A DNA stretch of 32,000 nt from Bacillus subtilis subsp. subtilis str. 168 (GTDB lineage: Bacteria; Bacillota; Bacilli; Bacillales; Bacillaceae): positions 2,700,001-2,732,000 of the forward strand of contig NC_000964.3 of assembly GCF_000009045.1 (NCBI RefSeq), in the 5' to 3' direction. Each line of letters starts with the position of its first letter. The first letter of the stretch is position 1. Below are positions 8,175 to 15,722 of this stretch, piece after piece. Below the pieces are notes generated by a model, which saw nothing but the letters and a program-made list of their open reading frames with translations, searched no databases and had not been told where the DNA came from. Both the position numbers and the translations under genes were made by a program.

Positions 8175-8699
8175 TTAATGCTCGGCTTTAAGATAGTCAA
8201 CCAATCTCTCCGCACTGTTCTTAACATCTTCTTTTGAAAGATGAAGTGTCCCATATTGTGTAAACGCAGGAAGAAAACGCATTCCTATATAGTTAGCAGT
8301 GACTTGAAACGGTCTGATAAGCTCGCTGATCGTGATATTATATTCTCCGCCTGCTTGATAATCAGATTCCTGTGCGCCTAAGGAGATAGCTAAGAGTAGT
8401 TCTTTTCCATGCAATTTAGTTCCTCCAGTTCCATAAGCCCAGCCATGTGTTAACACATCATCTTCCCATTGTTTGAGTAACGCGGGACTGCTGTACCAAT
8501 ACATTGGGAACTGAAAAACGATACGCTCATGATCTAACAGGAGCTGCTGCTCTTTTTCTACATCAATGATAAAATTAGGGTATTCACCGTACAGGTCATG
8601 AACCGTAATGTCTTTCTCTTGCTTTAAACGATTCATCCAGGTTTTGTTGACAACAGACGTTTCCAAATTAGGATGTATAACGATAACTAATGTTTTCAT
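8175..8699 (-). CDS. yrkL: Flavodoxin-like fold NAD(P)H dehydrogenase (quinone), general stress protein 14/KefF-like
   Basis: 174 aa with the family hallmarks MKTLVIVIHPN...FQFPMYWYSSPALLKQW. Confidence 0.85.
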   Translation of the reverse strand: MKTLVIVIHPNLETSVVNKTWMNRLKQEKDITVHDLYGEYPNFIIDVEKEQQLLLDHERIVFQFPMYWYSSPALLKQWEDDVLTHGWAYGTGGTKLHGKELLLAISLGAQESDYQAGGEYNITISELIRPFQVTANYIGMRFLPAFTQYGTLHLSKEDVKNSAERLVDYLKAEH

Positions 8700-8942
8700 T
8701 AGACTGATTATCCTTTCTTTGCCAATTAGTTATTATTTTTTACGATAATGAATTGATTCTAATTTTAAAATAGCAACTTTATTTACACCTATTTTATCCT
8801 TTTTCATGAATTCAGGGCAACTAATTGGGCACCAAAATCAATGATGACTTAAGACATTGTTTTGTAGAAATCCGATATACAGAATAATCCATTATTTAGA
8901 AAATTTCTACCTTTTCCCTCAATCCTTACCAATTTAAACTCA

Positions 8943-9419
8943 TTAAGGAGATACTTTATCACCAACTTTAAATAATAATGGAATAAGTGCTAATAAAATA
9001 ATTCCTACAACCAACGTAGATATTATTAACTCCTTCCATACAATCAAATTCTTTAAAAACATTTGATAAATAACTAATGAGTTTACTGGAATGTTAAGCA
9101 ATAAGCCCGTAAGAAGTCCAGGTGCATACTTTTTCATTACAACAGTTGCGATAAGATGTGGAAAAATAGCGTTGATAACCATAGAACCTAGAAAGCCAAT
9201 GAAAATCCATTTTGCAATATCTGATTCTGGCATATATAAAAAACCAAATGCAGATAAATAAGCCAACATAGTTATAACAATGACAGCAAAATGAAATTCA
9301 TTTGAAGTTACTGGCTTTTGAAACTTTGAAGATTGTTGTGACCACTCAGGTAACCAAATAGCTTCCTCAATATTATGAAGTGTAATAGCAAAACAAAAAA
9401 ATGCTACGAAATAAACCAC
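8943..9419 (-). CDS. yrkK: HXXEE-domain membrane protein
   Basis: 158 aa with the HNIEE motif near the N-terminus and four to five TM segments. It starts at a GTG 9 nt after SD GAGGAGG. Confidence 0.75.
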   Translation of the reverse strand: MVYFVAFFCFAITLHNIEEAIWLPEWSQQSSKFQKPVTSNEFHFAVIVITMLAYLSAFGFLYMPESDIAKWIFIGFLGSMVINAIFPHLIATVVMKKYAPGLLTGLLLNIPVNSLVIYQMFLKNLIVWKELIISTLVVGIILLALIPLLFKVGDKVSP

Positions 9420-10001
9420 CTATCATTTCCTCCTCGGTGCCACAACCAATATGGTTTGGCAACATTATATTACATTTGAGGCTGATTGGATATGGTGTTA
9501 AAAGAGAGAAGAATCTGCCTTAGTAGTTGCTTCTTAATTATATGTGCAATAACGTGTTGTTACGTGGCATGTCATATTCAAATATAATAACTCTAAAGCA
9601 AACAAAGATACCTATATAGTTTGGCATCCTCTTTTTTAGTTCGAGTCCCTCTATTTATTTTGGGCACAAAATAGACATAATTTATATTGACTCATTATAC
9701 CCATCACATACCATACCCCTTAAACCAATCAGGATTAAAATGTTTTAAAAAAGGTGATCAAAGATTAAGTTATGGTCTCTTTTATTTTATGTATGCTGTC
9801 TTAATGCAAAACAACACTGGACACCACTAAGTCAAATGCATTTCATGGTACTATAGTCAAGACTTGTCCAAGTCACCATTATCAAAATGAATTTCATCAA
9901 ACACTTGAAACATTTATTGAACGCGGCCAAGTGTCATAACATTAATAAGAAACCAACGAGTGATGAATCTTTTAATCTTTCATTTTACCCGCTGGCTCAT
10001 A

Positions 10002-10787
10002 TCAAAGGAGCTCTAACCAAATTTTAATAGCTGTCGCACCTATTAATTGCGCTAAAACCCATTGCAGGAATTTTGTATTTACTTTTTGCCCAACTGATGC
10101 GCCAATAGGAGAAGCTATTAAACTAGTAATCATAAGAACCAGAGCTGGTACAAAAAGAACCTGGCCCGTGATTACTTTTCCAACTGTTGCGCCAATGGAT
10201 GAAAGAAATGTAATCGCAAGAGATGAAGCGACTGTGACTCTAACAGGAATATTTAAAATCGATAACATAATGGGGACTAGGATAAAGGCGCCGCCAGCTC
10301 CTAAAATACCTGATACGCCACCAATGATAAACGCTAAGGAAGAAGCCAACCATTTATTAAATATCACTTCCTTATCTTCGCTATGTTCTTGTCCTTTCTG
10401 TCCTTTTTTAGGTATAAACATTAAAATAACTGCTATAATAGCCAGAATTCCGTATATAAAGTTAATTCCTTTTTCAGATATATAATGAGAAAAGTAACTC
10501 CCCAATACACTCCCTAAAAGGATGCTGCTTCCCATGTAAATAATTAATGTTTTATTTATAAGACCACTCTTACGATAAGCCCAAACACCGCCGAGTGTCG
10601 CAAAAAAAACTTGAATAGCCCCTATCCCTGAAACTTCATGGGCAGTTAATGACATCACTCCCACTAAAGAAGGAATGTACAATAGCATTGGATAATTAAT
10701 AACTGCTCCGCCAATACCAATCATTCCGGAAATAAAGGCACCAATAAACCCTATAATGAAAAGAGTTGTGATAAAGGCAATATCCAT
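10002..10787 (-). CDS. yrkJ: TauE/SafE-family anion (sulfite/organosulfonate) exporter
   Basis: 261 aa, Gly-rich and polytopic with an internal repeat typical of TauE/SafE. SD AAAGGAGG precedes it. Confidence 0.85.
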
Positions 10788-10810
10788 TTTATTTGCCTCC
10801 TTTCATAGGA

Positions 10811-10839
10811 AAAGGGTATCTTTCTATTCGATACCCTTT
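10811..10839 (-). other. Intercistronic hairpin between yrkI and yrkJ
   Basis: A 10-bp perfect stem (AAAGGGTATC / GATACCCTTT) with a 9-nt loop. No T-tract follows on the coding strand. It sits immediately upstream of the yrkJ SD. Confidence 0.5.
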
Positions 10840-10847
10840 CACATTCA

Positions 10848-11075
10848 TTAGCCTTTTTGAATCCAAAATTTCAATATATCGCCCTCGTCCGTTTGCTCTA
10901 AAAGGTCATGTCCGCCTGATTTAGACCAGGCTGTAAGATCATTTTTGGCTCCCTTATCTGTTGCATGCACTTCTAATATTTGACCTGATTCCAGTTCATT
11001 CATCGCTTTTTTTGTTCTGACAATTGGCATTGGGCATGCCAAGCCTTTTGCGTCTAATACTTTATCTGATTTCAT
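10848..11075 (-). CDS. yrkI: TusA/SirA-like sulfur carrier protein
   Basis: 75 aa with LDAKGLACPMPIV (the conserved CPxP cysteine). Confidence 0.9.
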   Translation of the reverse strand: MKSDKVLDAKGLACPMPIVRTKKAMNELESGQILEVHATDKGAKNDLTAWSKSGGHDLLEQTDEGDILKFWIQKG

Positions 11076-11108
11076 GTTCTTCTCTCCTCTTTTTAGCAGA
11101 AACTTGTG

Positions 11109-12242
11109 TTACCGTATTGCACAGCGGTTTGGGCCAATCTCCATTTCACGCTGTTTTTCTTCATCTGGGCTGATTTTCCCCATGTTTGTTTCTCGAATCT
11201 CTTGGTATGCATTTGGTTGCGGAGGCAAATGATCTGTTACTAGGTGTCTAAATTCTGTTTCATCCGCAATGTTCAAACCATGGTTCTCGCTAAATAATGT
11301 ACTTAGTTGTTTACCAACACTTCCATTCTCATTTAGCTCGTCAATGATCATAAAGTGTGCCGGTAATACAATTAAATCCTTTGATAACGCTTTGTAACGG
11401 CTATAAAGCGTTTTTCTTAAATCTCCTACCCAATCTTCTGCCATACCGGCTAAGTCTGGTCTGCCGATTGAATCAATAAACAAGATATCACCTGAAAGAA
11501 GATACTGGTCATCGACAATGAAAGAAGTGGAGCCAATCGTGTGCCCCGGAGAATAAATCGGTTGAATTTTAATCGTTGTATTTCCAATAATAATGTCATT
11601 TCCTTCTTCCAACGGCTGATAATCGAATTCCACTTCTTCAGCATCTTTAGGCGGTAACCAGTAGGTTGCTTTTGTTTTTTCAGCAATGACTCTGCCGCCT
11701 GAAATATGGTCCGCGTGAAGATGTGTATCAAATACGTGAGTAATCGTTGCACCCTTCCCCTTCGCAAAATCTATAAAGAAATTCACCATACGTGTCGCAT
11801 CAATAATTGCTGCTTCACCATTGGAAATGACCATGTATGACAAGCAGCCTTTACCGATTCGAACAAACTGATACATCTCACCGCCATCTTTTAAATCCCC
11901 GACTTTTACCGGCTCTAAATGTTCGCTCCATGCTTTCATTCCACCCTTAAGGTAGGATACAGAATGACCTGCTTCAGAAAGCATTTCGGATACCATGACG
12001 GATGAACCTTCTTTTGCGCAAACGACCAGCACTTCTTTATCAGAAGGAATTTTCTCCAAGATATCTTCTACGCCATCTAAAAGATCAAAATAAGGAACAT
12101 TCAAATGGTCAAAGTCATGCCCTTCTATCTTCCAATCACTAAAATCATTTTCATTACGCACATCCAAAATAAATAAAGGTTCTTTGTTAAAGATTTTTTT
12201 GTCACTTCTTTTGGGGTCATTGCCTTTACGGTCATGTTTCAA
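11109..12242 (-). CDS. yrkH: Rhodanese-domain plus metallo-beta-lactamase-fold protein (candidate persulfide dioxygenase); the 5' end is problematic
   Basis: N-terminal rhodanese fold ([11 protein letters not shown]...VVCAKEGSS) followed by the MBL motif THLHADH. The in-frame TTG start is only 2 nt from the SD, while the well-spaced ATG (12235) is out of frame until an A7 tract (12194-12200). Confidence 0.8.
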
Positions 12243-12271
12243 TACCTCCTATATCAAATCTTTTAGCGGGA

Positions 12272-12556
12272 CTAAAACGTTAAGGATACATCAGCATCTT
12301 TCGTAAAACCAAAAAAGGTAACAGCCCCGCCTACTTCGATTCCTTCCATAAAATCATCTTTTGTTAAACCCATAACGTCCATCGTTATTTGACAACCAAA
12401 TCATGCAACTCCCATTTCAATCAGTTAAGAATAGAAGGCACATTTGCGTTCCTACAACCTTCTGCGACATGCTCTTTTCCTTGTCGCAATATTACAGACT
12501 TTATAAGCATCAAACAGACCGCTATTTGCCGCAATAATCGCTACTCTTGTACTCAT
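12272..12556 (-). pseudogene. Decayed DsrE/DsrF-like gene (paralog of yrkE)
   Basis: It reads MSTRVAIIAANSGLFDAYKVCNIAT, followed by premature stops. Other frames give GKEHVAEG.RNANVPSIL, LIEMGVA and FGCQITMDVMGLTKDDFMEGIEVGGAVTFFGFTKDADVSLTF. The last aligns with the YrkE C-terminus VKLVACTMTMDLLGL. At least three frame changes and one internal deletion are needed. Confidence 0.75.
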
Positions 12557-12576
12557 CTGTTCATCATGCTTTTTAT

Positions 12577-13134
12577 TTATTCGGTTTTACCTGTCCAATC
12601 CCGCATACCCGGGACAACATTAATAACCTTTTTAAAACCTTGTTTTTTCATGGTGCGGGCCGCCATTTCACTCCTTCTTCCCGAATGGCAGATAATATAA
12701 ATTTCATCATTTTCGTTTAATTCGTTAGCGCGCTTTTCCACTTCACCAAGAGGGATATGCACAACTCCTGGGATATGAGCTTTTTCATATTCCTCTATCT
12801 CTCGAACATCTAAAATGTTAAGAGACTCGTCACTATCTACTTTCTGTTTGAAAGCTTCTAATGAAATCTCAGGAATTGAAGATGCATTTTCTGATGAATG
12901 CTCTCCTCCTTTTCGAAGAAAATGACGAAGTATTTCTCCCTCTGCTTCAGTACCCAGATATTCATGGCCTGTACTTTTTGCCCATGCTTCCAGATCTGCT
13001 GTAGAACCTTTATCTGTCGCATGAATTTCCAATACTTCACCAGCTTTTAAATCCTTCATTCTCTTCTTCGTTTTTACGATAGGCATTGGACACGCCAAAC
13101 CTTTAGCGTCTAGTACAATAGTTGCTTTCATCAT
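12577..13134 (-). CDS. yrkF: TusA-like domain fused to a catalytic rhodanese domain
   Basis: N-terminal LDAKGLACPMPIV and a C-terminal rhodanese active-site loop CHSGRRS. SD AAAGGAGG precedes it. Confidence 0.9.
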   Translation of the reverse strand: MMKATIVLDAKGLACPMPIVKTKKRMKDLKAGEVLEIHATDKGSTADLEAWAKSTGHEYLGTEAEGEILRHFLRKGGEHSSENASSIPEISLEAFKQKVDSDESLNILDVREIEEYEKAHIPGVVHIPLGEVEKRANELNENDEIYIICHSGRRSEMAARTMKKQGFKKVINVVPGMRDWTGKTE

Positions 13135-13319
13135 TTTTTCCTCCTTTTCTTATATAGGGGTGGGGGTATACAAATATACAAAAAGTTTCTCACTGTAAGT
13201 TAACACCATGTATTCATACCCCCTTTTATATTTGTGATGTTTTTAAATCCTTGTTTCTTCAATATTTTTACTTGCCTTTAAACTTCTCATTCCGCTTAGC
13301 AATGAGTAAATGAGTAACA

Positions 13320-13802
13320 TTAGATAAATAAGTTGACACTGCCTTCCTCAGCATCTGCCAAATAAGCTGCTACACCAGCATAGTCAATATCATCTAATAG
13401 TTCTTTTTCCTGTAAACCAAGAAGATCCATTGTCATCGTACAAGCTACGAGCTTTACCCCCTGTTCTTGAGCCATCTCAATCAACTGAGGTAAAGTAAGT
13501 ACATTATGCTTTTTCATCACATTTTTAATCATTTTAGGGCCCATACCTGCAAAGTTCATTTTAGATAAACCCATCTTATCAGCACCACGAGGCATCATCT
13601 TTCCAAACATTTTTTCAAGAAATCCTTTTTTCACTGGAATCAGCTCTTCTTTACGTAAAGCGTTAAATCCCCAAAAAGTATGGAAGATCGTCACTTCATG
13701 ATCGTAGGCAGCTGCACCATTTGCAATAATATAGGCTGCCATTGCTTTATCATAATCCCCGCTAAATAAAACAATTGTTGTGCGTTTTGTTTGTTCTGTC
13801 AT
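13320..13802 (-). CDS. yrkE: DsrE/DsrF-like family sulfur-relay protein
   Basis: 160 aa with TIVLFSGDYDKAMAA...FHTFWG...VACTMTMD, typical of the DsrE2/DrsE_2 family. Confidence 0.85.
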   Translation of the reverse strand: MTEQTKRTTIVLFSGDYDKAMAAYIIANGAAAYDHEVTIFHTFWGFNALRKEELIPVKKGFLEKMFGKMMPRGADKMGLSKMNFAGMGPKMIKNVMKKHNVLTLPQLIEMAQEQGVKLVACTMTMDLLGLQEKELLDDIDYAGVAAYLADAEEGSVNLFI

Positions 13803-13820
13803 GTTTATTCTCCTAACTAA

Positions 13821-13838
13821 TTACCCCTGCGGGTATAT
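13821..13838 (-). promoter_or_regulatory. CsoR/CstR-type operator OP2 in the yrkE leader
   Basis: The coding strand reads ATATACCCGCAGGGGTAA (arms TACCC/GGGTA). It ends about 18 nt before the yrkE ATG and abuts the SD. Confidence 0.6.
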
Positions 13839-13887
13839 TAAAGTCAAAAAATTTTTTCGAAAGATCTGCTTTTATTCAACTCTTTAA

Positions 13888-13904
13888 ATACCATAGGGGG
13901 TATA
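13888..13904 (-). promoter_or_regulatory. CsoR/CstR-type operator OP1 overlapping the yrkE -10/+1
   Basis: The coding strand reads TATACCCCCTATGGTAT, matching the 14633-14650 site at 15 of 17 positions. Confidence 0.65.
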
Positions 13905-13930
13905 ATATAACGCATATAAAAATTCGTCAA
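13902..13930 (-). promoter_or_regulatory. Sigma-A-type promoter of yrkE (TTGACG-17-TATTAT)
   Basis: -35 at 13925-13930, a 17-nt spacer, and -10 at 13902-13907 (minus strand). Confidence 0.6.
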
Positions 13931-13948
13931 CCTTAGGTTGATGAATTT

Positions 13949-14209
13949 TTATCGGCTCTTTACCAATAAGTCGACTGCTTCTTTTACTAAATTTTGTGTG
14001 TCTTCGCCTTTTTCTAAACTTTCACGAACACAATGTTCAAGGTTTGTGCTCACAATTAAACCCATCGCTCGATCGATCGCATTACGGGAAGCTGCTAATT
14101 GGGTCACAACCTCTCTACAATCTTTTCCTTGTTCCATCATAGTCAATACACCTTTAATTTGTCCTTCAATCCGTCGTAAGCGGTTTTTAATCTTTTGATC
14201 ATACTCCAT
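13949..14209 (-). CDS. yrkD: CsoR/RcnR-family repressor with the two-Cys CstR (persulfide sensor) pattern
   Basis: 86 aa with KNRLRRIEGQIKGV. It has Cys31 and Cys60, with Asn56 at the Cys+25 position where Cu(I)-CsoR has its His ligand. Confidence 0.85.
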   Translation of the reverse strand: MEYDQKIKNRLRRIEGQIKGVLTMMEQGKDCREVVTQLAASRNAIDRAMGLIVSTNLEHCVRESLEKGEDTQNLVKEAVDLLVKSR

Positions 14210-14230
14210 ATATCAATGAAATCCTTTCTT

Positions 14231-14548
14231 TCATTTATTTTTACATTTACATGTTGCCAGTTCATAACTGTTTACATGGATACCTTTGCGCTTTAGAAAA
14301 CGCACTCCTAAATTTAATTCCACCCGGTCACGAGCTATTATGTGTATTTTATCACGTGGAATCTCTAAATAAAAACGTTTTAGATACGCATATGGGATGT
14401 TTAAAATAATATTATCCGAAAAATTGGCTACATCGTTATAATGACGAATATCTAATATTGTGATGTCCATAGCCTCTAATTTATCTTTATGGATACAAGA
14501 GATTCCGGTTATAGGATAATAACGTCTATACGTTGCAATGATAATCAC
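14231..14548 (-). CDS. Rhodanese-homology-domain protein lacking the catalytic Cys; probably membrane-anchored and extending to 14584
   Basis: ITILDIRHYNDV...KIHIIARDRVE (Ala where the catalytic Cys is expected). The upstream in-frame codons encode a TM helix (INYLVIAFLLIFVIIIATY). SD AAGGTGGTG lies 8 nt upstream of an in-frame ATC at 14584. Confidence 0.6.
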   Translation of the reverse strand: MIIIATYRRYYPITGISCIHKDKLEAMDITILDIRHYNDVANFSDNIILNIPYAYLKRFYLEIPRDKIHIIARDRVELNLGVRFLKRKGIHVNSYELATCKCKNK

Positions 14549-14628
14549 AAAAATAAGCAGGAATGCAATAACTAAATAATTGATACTATTTACACCACCT
14601 TATTAACTCTTTGTTTATTCACAAAACA

Positions 14629-14657
14629 ATAATATACCCCCATAGGTATATAGTCAA
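14629..14657 (-). promoter_or_regulatory. Sigma-A-type promoter (TTGACT-17-TATTAT) for the rhodanese-like ORF and yrkD
   Basis: -35 at 14652-14657 and -10 at 14629-14634, with exactly 17 nt between them. Confidence 0.65.
14633..14652. promoter_or_regulatory. CsoR/CstR-type operator filling the promoter spacer
   Basis: TATACCCCCATAGGTATATA, a pseudo-palindrome with TATACC/GGTATA arms. Confidence 0.65.
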
Positions 14658-14769
14658 GTGTGAAAGTTACTTTCTTTGAGCTGATAGATTCATTTCGATA
14701 TCCGCGGATTGAAAAAATACTTACATTCGATAATGCCAATTCTGCTAAAAGGAACTCGAATAAAGCAAT

Positions 14770-14795
14770 AAGCCGATTTAATTTTAAATCGGCTT
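14770..14795. terminator. Terminator downstream of yrkC (bidirectional hairpin)
   Basis: An 11-bp perfect stem (AAGCCGATTTA / TAAATCGGCTT) with a 4-nt loop and T-rich flanks. Confidence 0.7.
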
Positions 14796-14932
14796 TATTT
14801 ATCAATTACTTAAAATTAGCACAAGACACGCTGCTTGGATATTAAATGGGGTTTCATTAGCATGGTACTGGTTCCCCATGTTTCATGCTGGATGTGACTT
14901 TAATTATTCTAGAATTCTCCAGAATATCTGTG

Positions 14933-15493
14933 CTAATCTTCCGCAGCCACTGCATCTGCTTTGGTTTCATGAACTGTACCAAATGGATGGTTAGGAGGAG
15001 CATAAATGGAGTAAAGTTTTAATGGCGTATTTCCTGTATTAATTACGTTGTGCCAAGTGCCGGCAGGGACAACAATGGCAGAATCATCATAGACATTTCT
15101 TTGAAAGTTCAAATGATCTTTGCTCTTTCCCATTTTGACGATCCCACGCCCCTGCTCAATCCGTAAGAACTGGTCAACGTTAGGATGGATTTCCAAACCA
15201 ATGTCTTCTCCAATACCAAGACTCATCAAAGTAACTTGAAAATGCTTTCCTGTCCATAAAGCAGTACGGAACGTATTGTTTTGTTTTGTGGCTCTATTGA
15301 TATTTACAACAAATGGTTTTGGTCCATAATCCTTCAAAAGAAGGTTTCTATCTTCATATGAAGAGCGCAAATCGGCACCTCTGTGTACTTTCTCCATCTC
15401 ATTTGGAATAGTCCAATAAACAGATCTTCCATCATTATACATCGGCACAGTCACATAATAATAACATTGAGGCGAAAAAGGGTTATAGTACAT
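14933..15493 (-). CDS. yrkC: Cupin-domain protein with a Tyr/Pro-rich N-terminus
   Basis: 186 aa with cupin motif 2 (PAGTWHNVIN) and a partial motif 1 (GLEIHPNVDQFLRIEQG). Confidence 0.85.
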   Translation of the reverse strand: MYYNPFSPQCYYYVTVPMYNDGRSVYWTIPNEMEKVHRGADLRSSYEDRNLLLKDYGPKPFVVNINRATKQNNTFRTALWTGKHFQVTLMSLGIGEDIGLEIHPNVDQFLRIEQGRGIVKMGKSKDHLNFQRNVYDDSAIVVPAGTWHNVINTGNTPLKLYSIYAPPNHPFGTVHETKADAVAAED

Positions 15494-15509
15494 TTTTTGA
15501 TCCCCGCAA

Positions 15510-15722
15510 TTATAAATTTTTGTGATAGTATCCTATGCATTTATTAAGGGAGTGTGCTAAATCAAGAAAACTCATATTAAACACAAAAATGAATGTTCGA
15601 TCACCGTTTGATTCATGGATGAATAATTTATCACCGACCTTGTAATCGTTTTCTAGATGTTGAATTTCACTAGCCTTTGTTAACAAGACATCGAATGACA
15701 CCTTTATATGATGGATTATCAA
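15510..15722 (-). CDS. Hypothetical 70-aa ORF (uncertain)
   Basis: An open frame only, with a TTG start and no clear SD. It directly follows the amidase relic. Confidence 0.25.
   Translation of the reverse strand: MIIHHIKVSFDVLLTKASEIQHLENDYKVGDKLFIHESNGDRTFIFVFNMSFLDLAHSLNKCIGYYHKNL

Noticed and set aside
8914-8945. A possible third copy of the 2246/7822 repeat (ccctcaat...actcatt) just downstream of yrkK.
   Set aside because: Only an 8-nt exact match plus about 12/19 after introducing a gap. This is within expectation for AT-rich DNA.
9639-9651. GTTCGAGTCCCTC, which resembles a tRNA T-loop plus 3' T-stem. It could be a tRNA gene, or a tRNA-derived att remnant in the 580-bp AT-rich yrkJ-yrkK gap.
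   Set aside because: There is no complementary 5' T-stem (the upstream sequence is TTTAG). There is also no acceptor stem, anticodon arm or CCA-proximal sequence, so a 13-nt match alone is insufficient.
13151-13232. GGGGGTATA (13162-13170) and ATACCCCC (13217-13224) upstream of yrkF as additional full CstR operators or a yrkF promoter.
   Set aside because: Each is only a half-site, since the partner arms are degenerate. I found no acceptable -35/-10 pair around them. They may be decayed operators, or they may form an 8-bp RNA stem across 45 nt, but the evidence is weak.
14590-14845. ORFs 14590-14805(-) and 14660-14845(+).
   Set aside because: They cover the predicted promoter and operator and the yrkC terminator hairpin. 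They have no SD and no domain signature.
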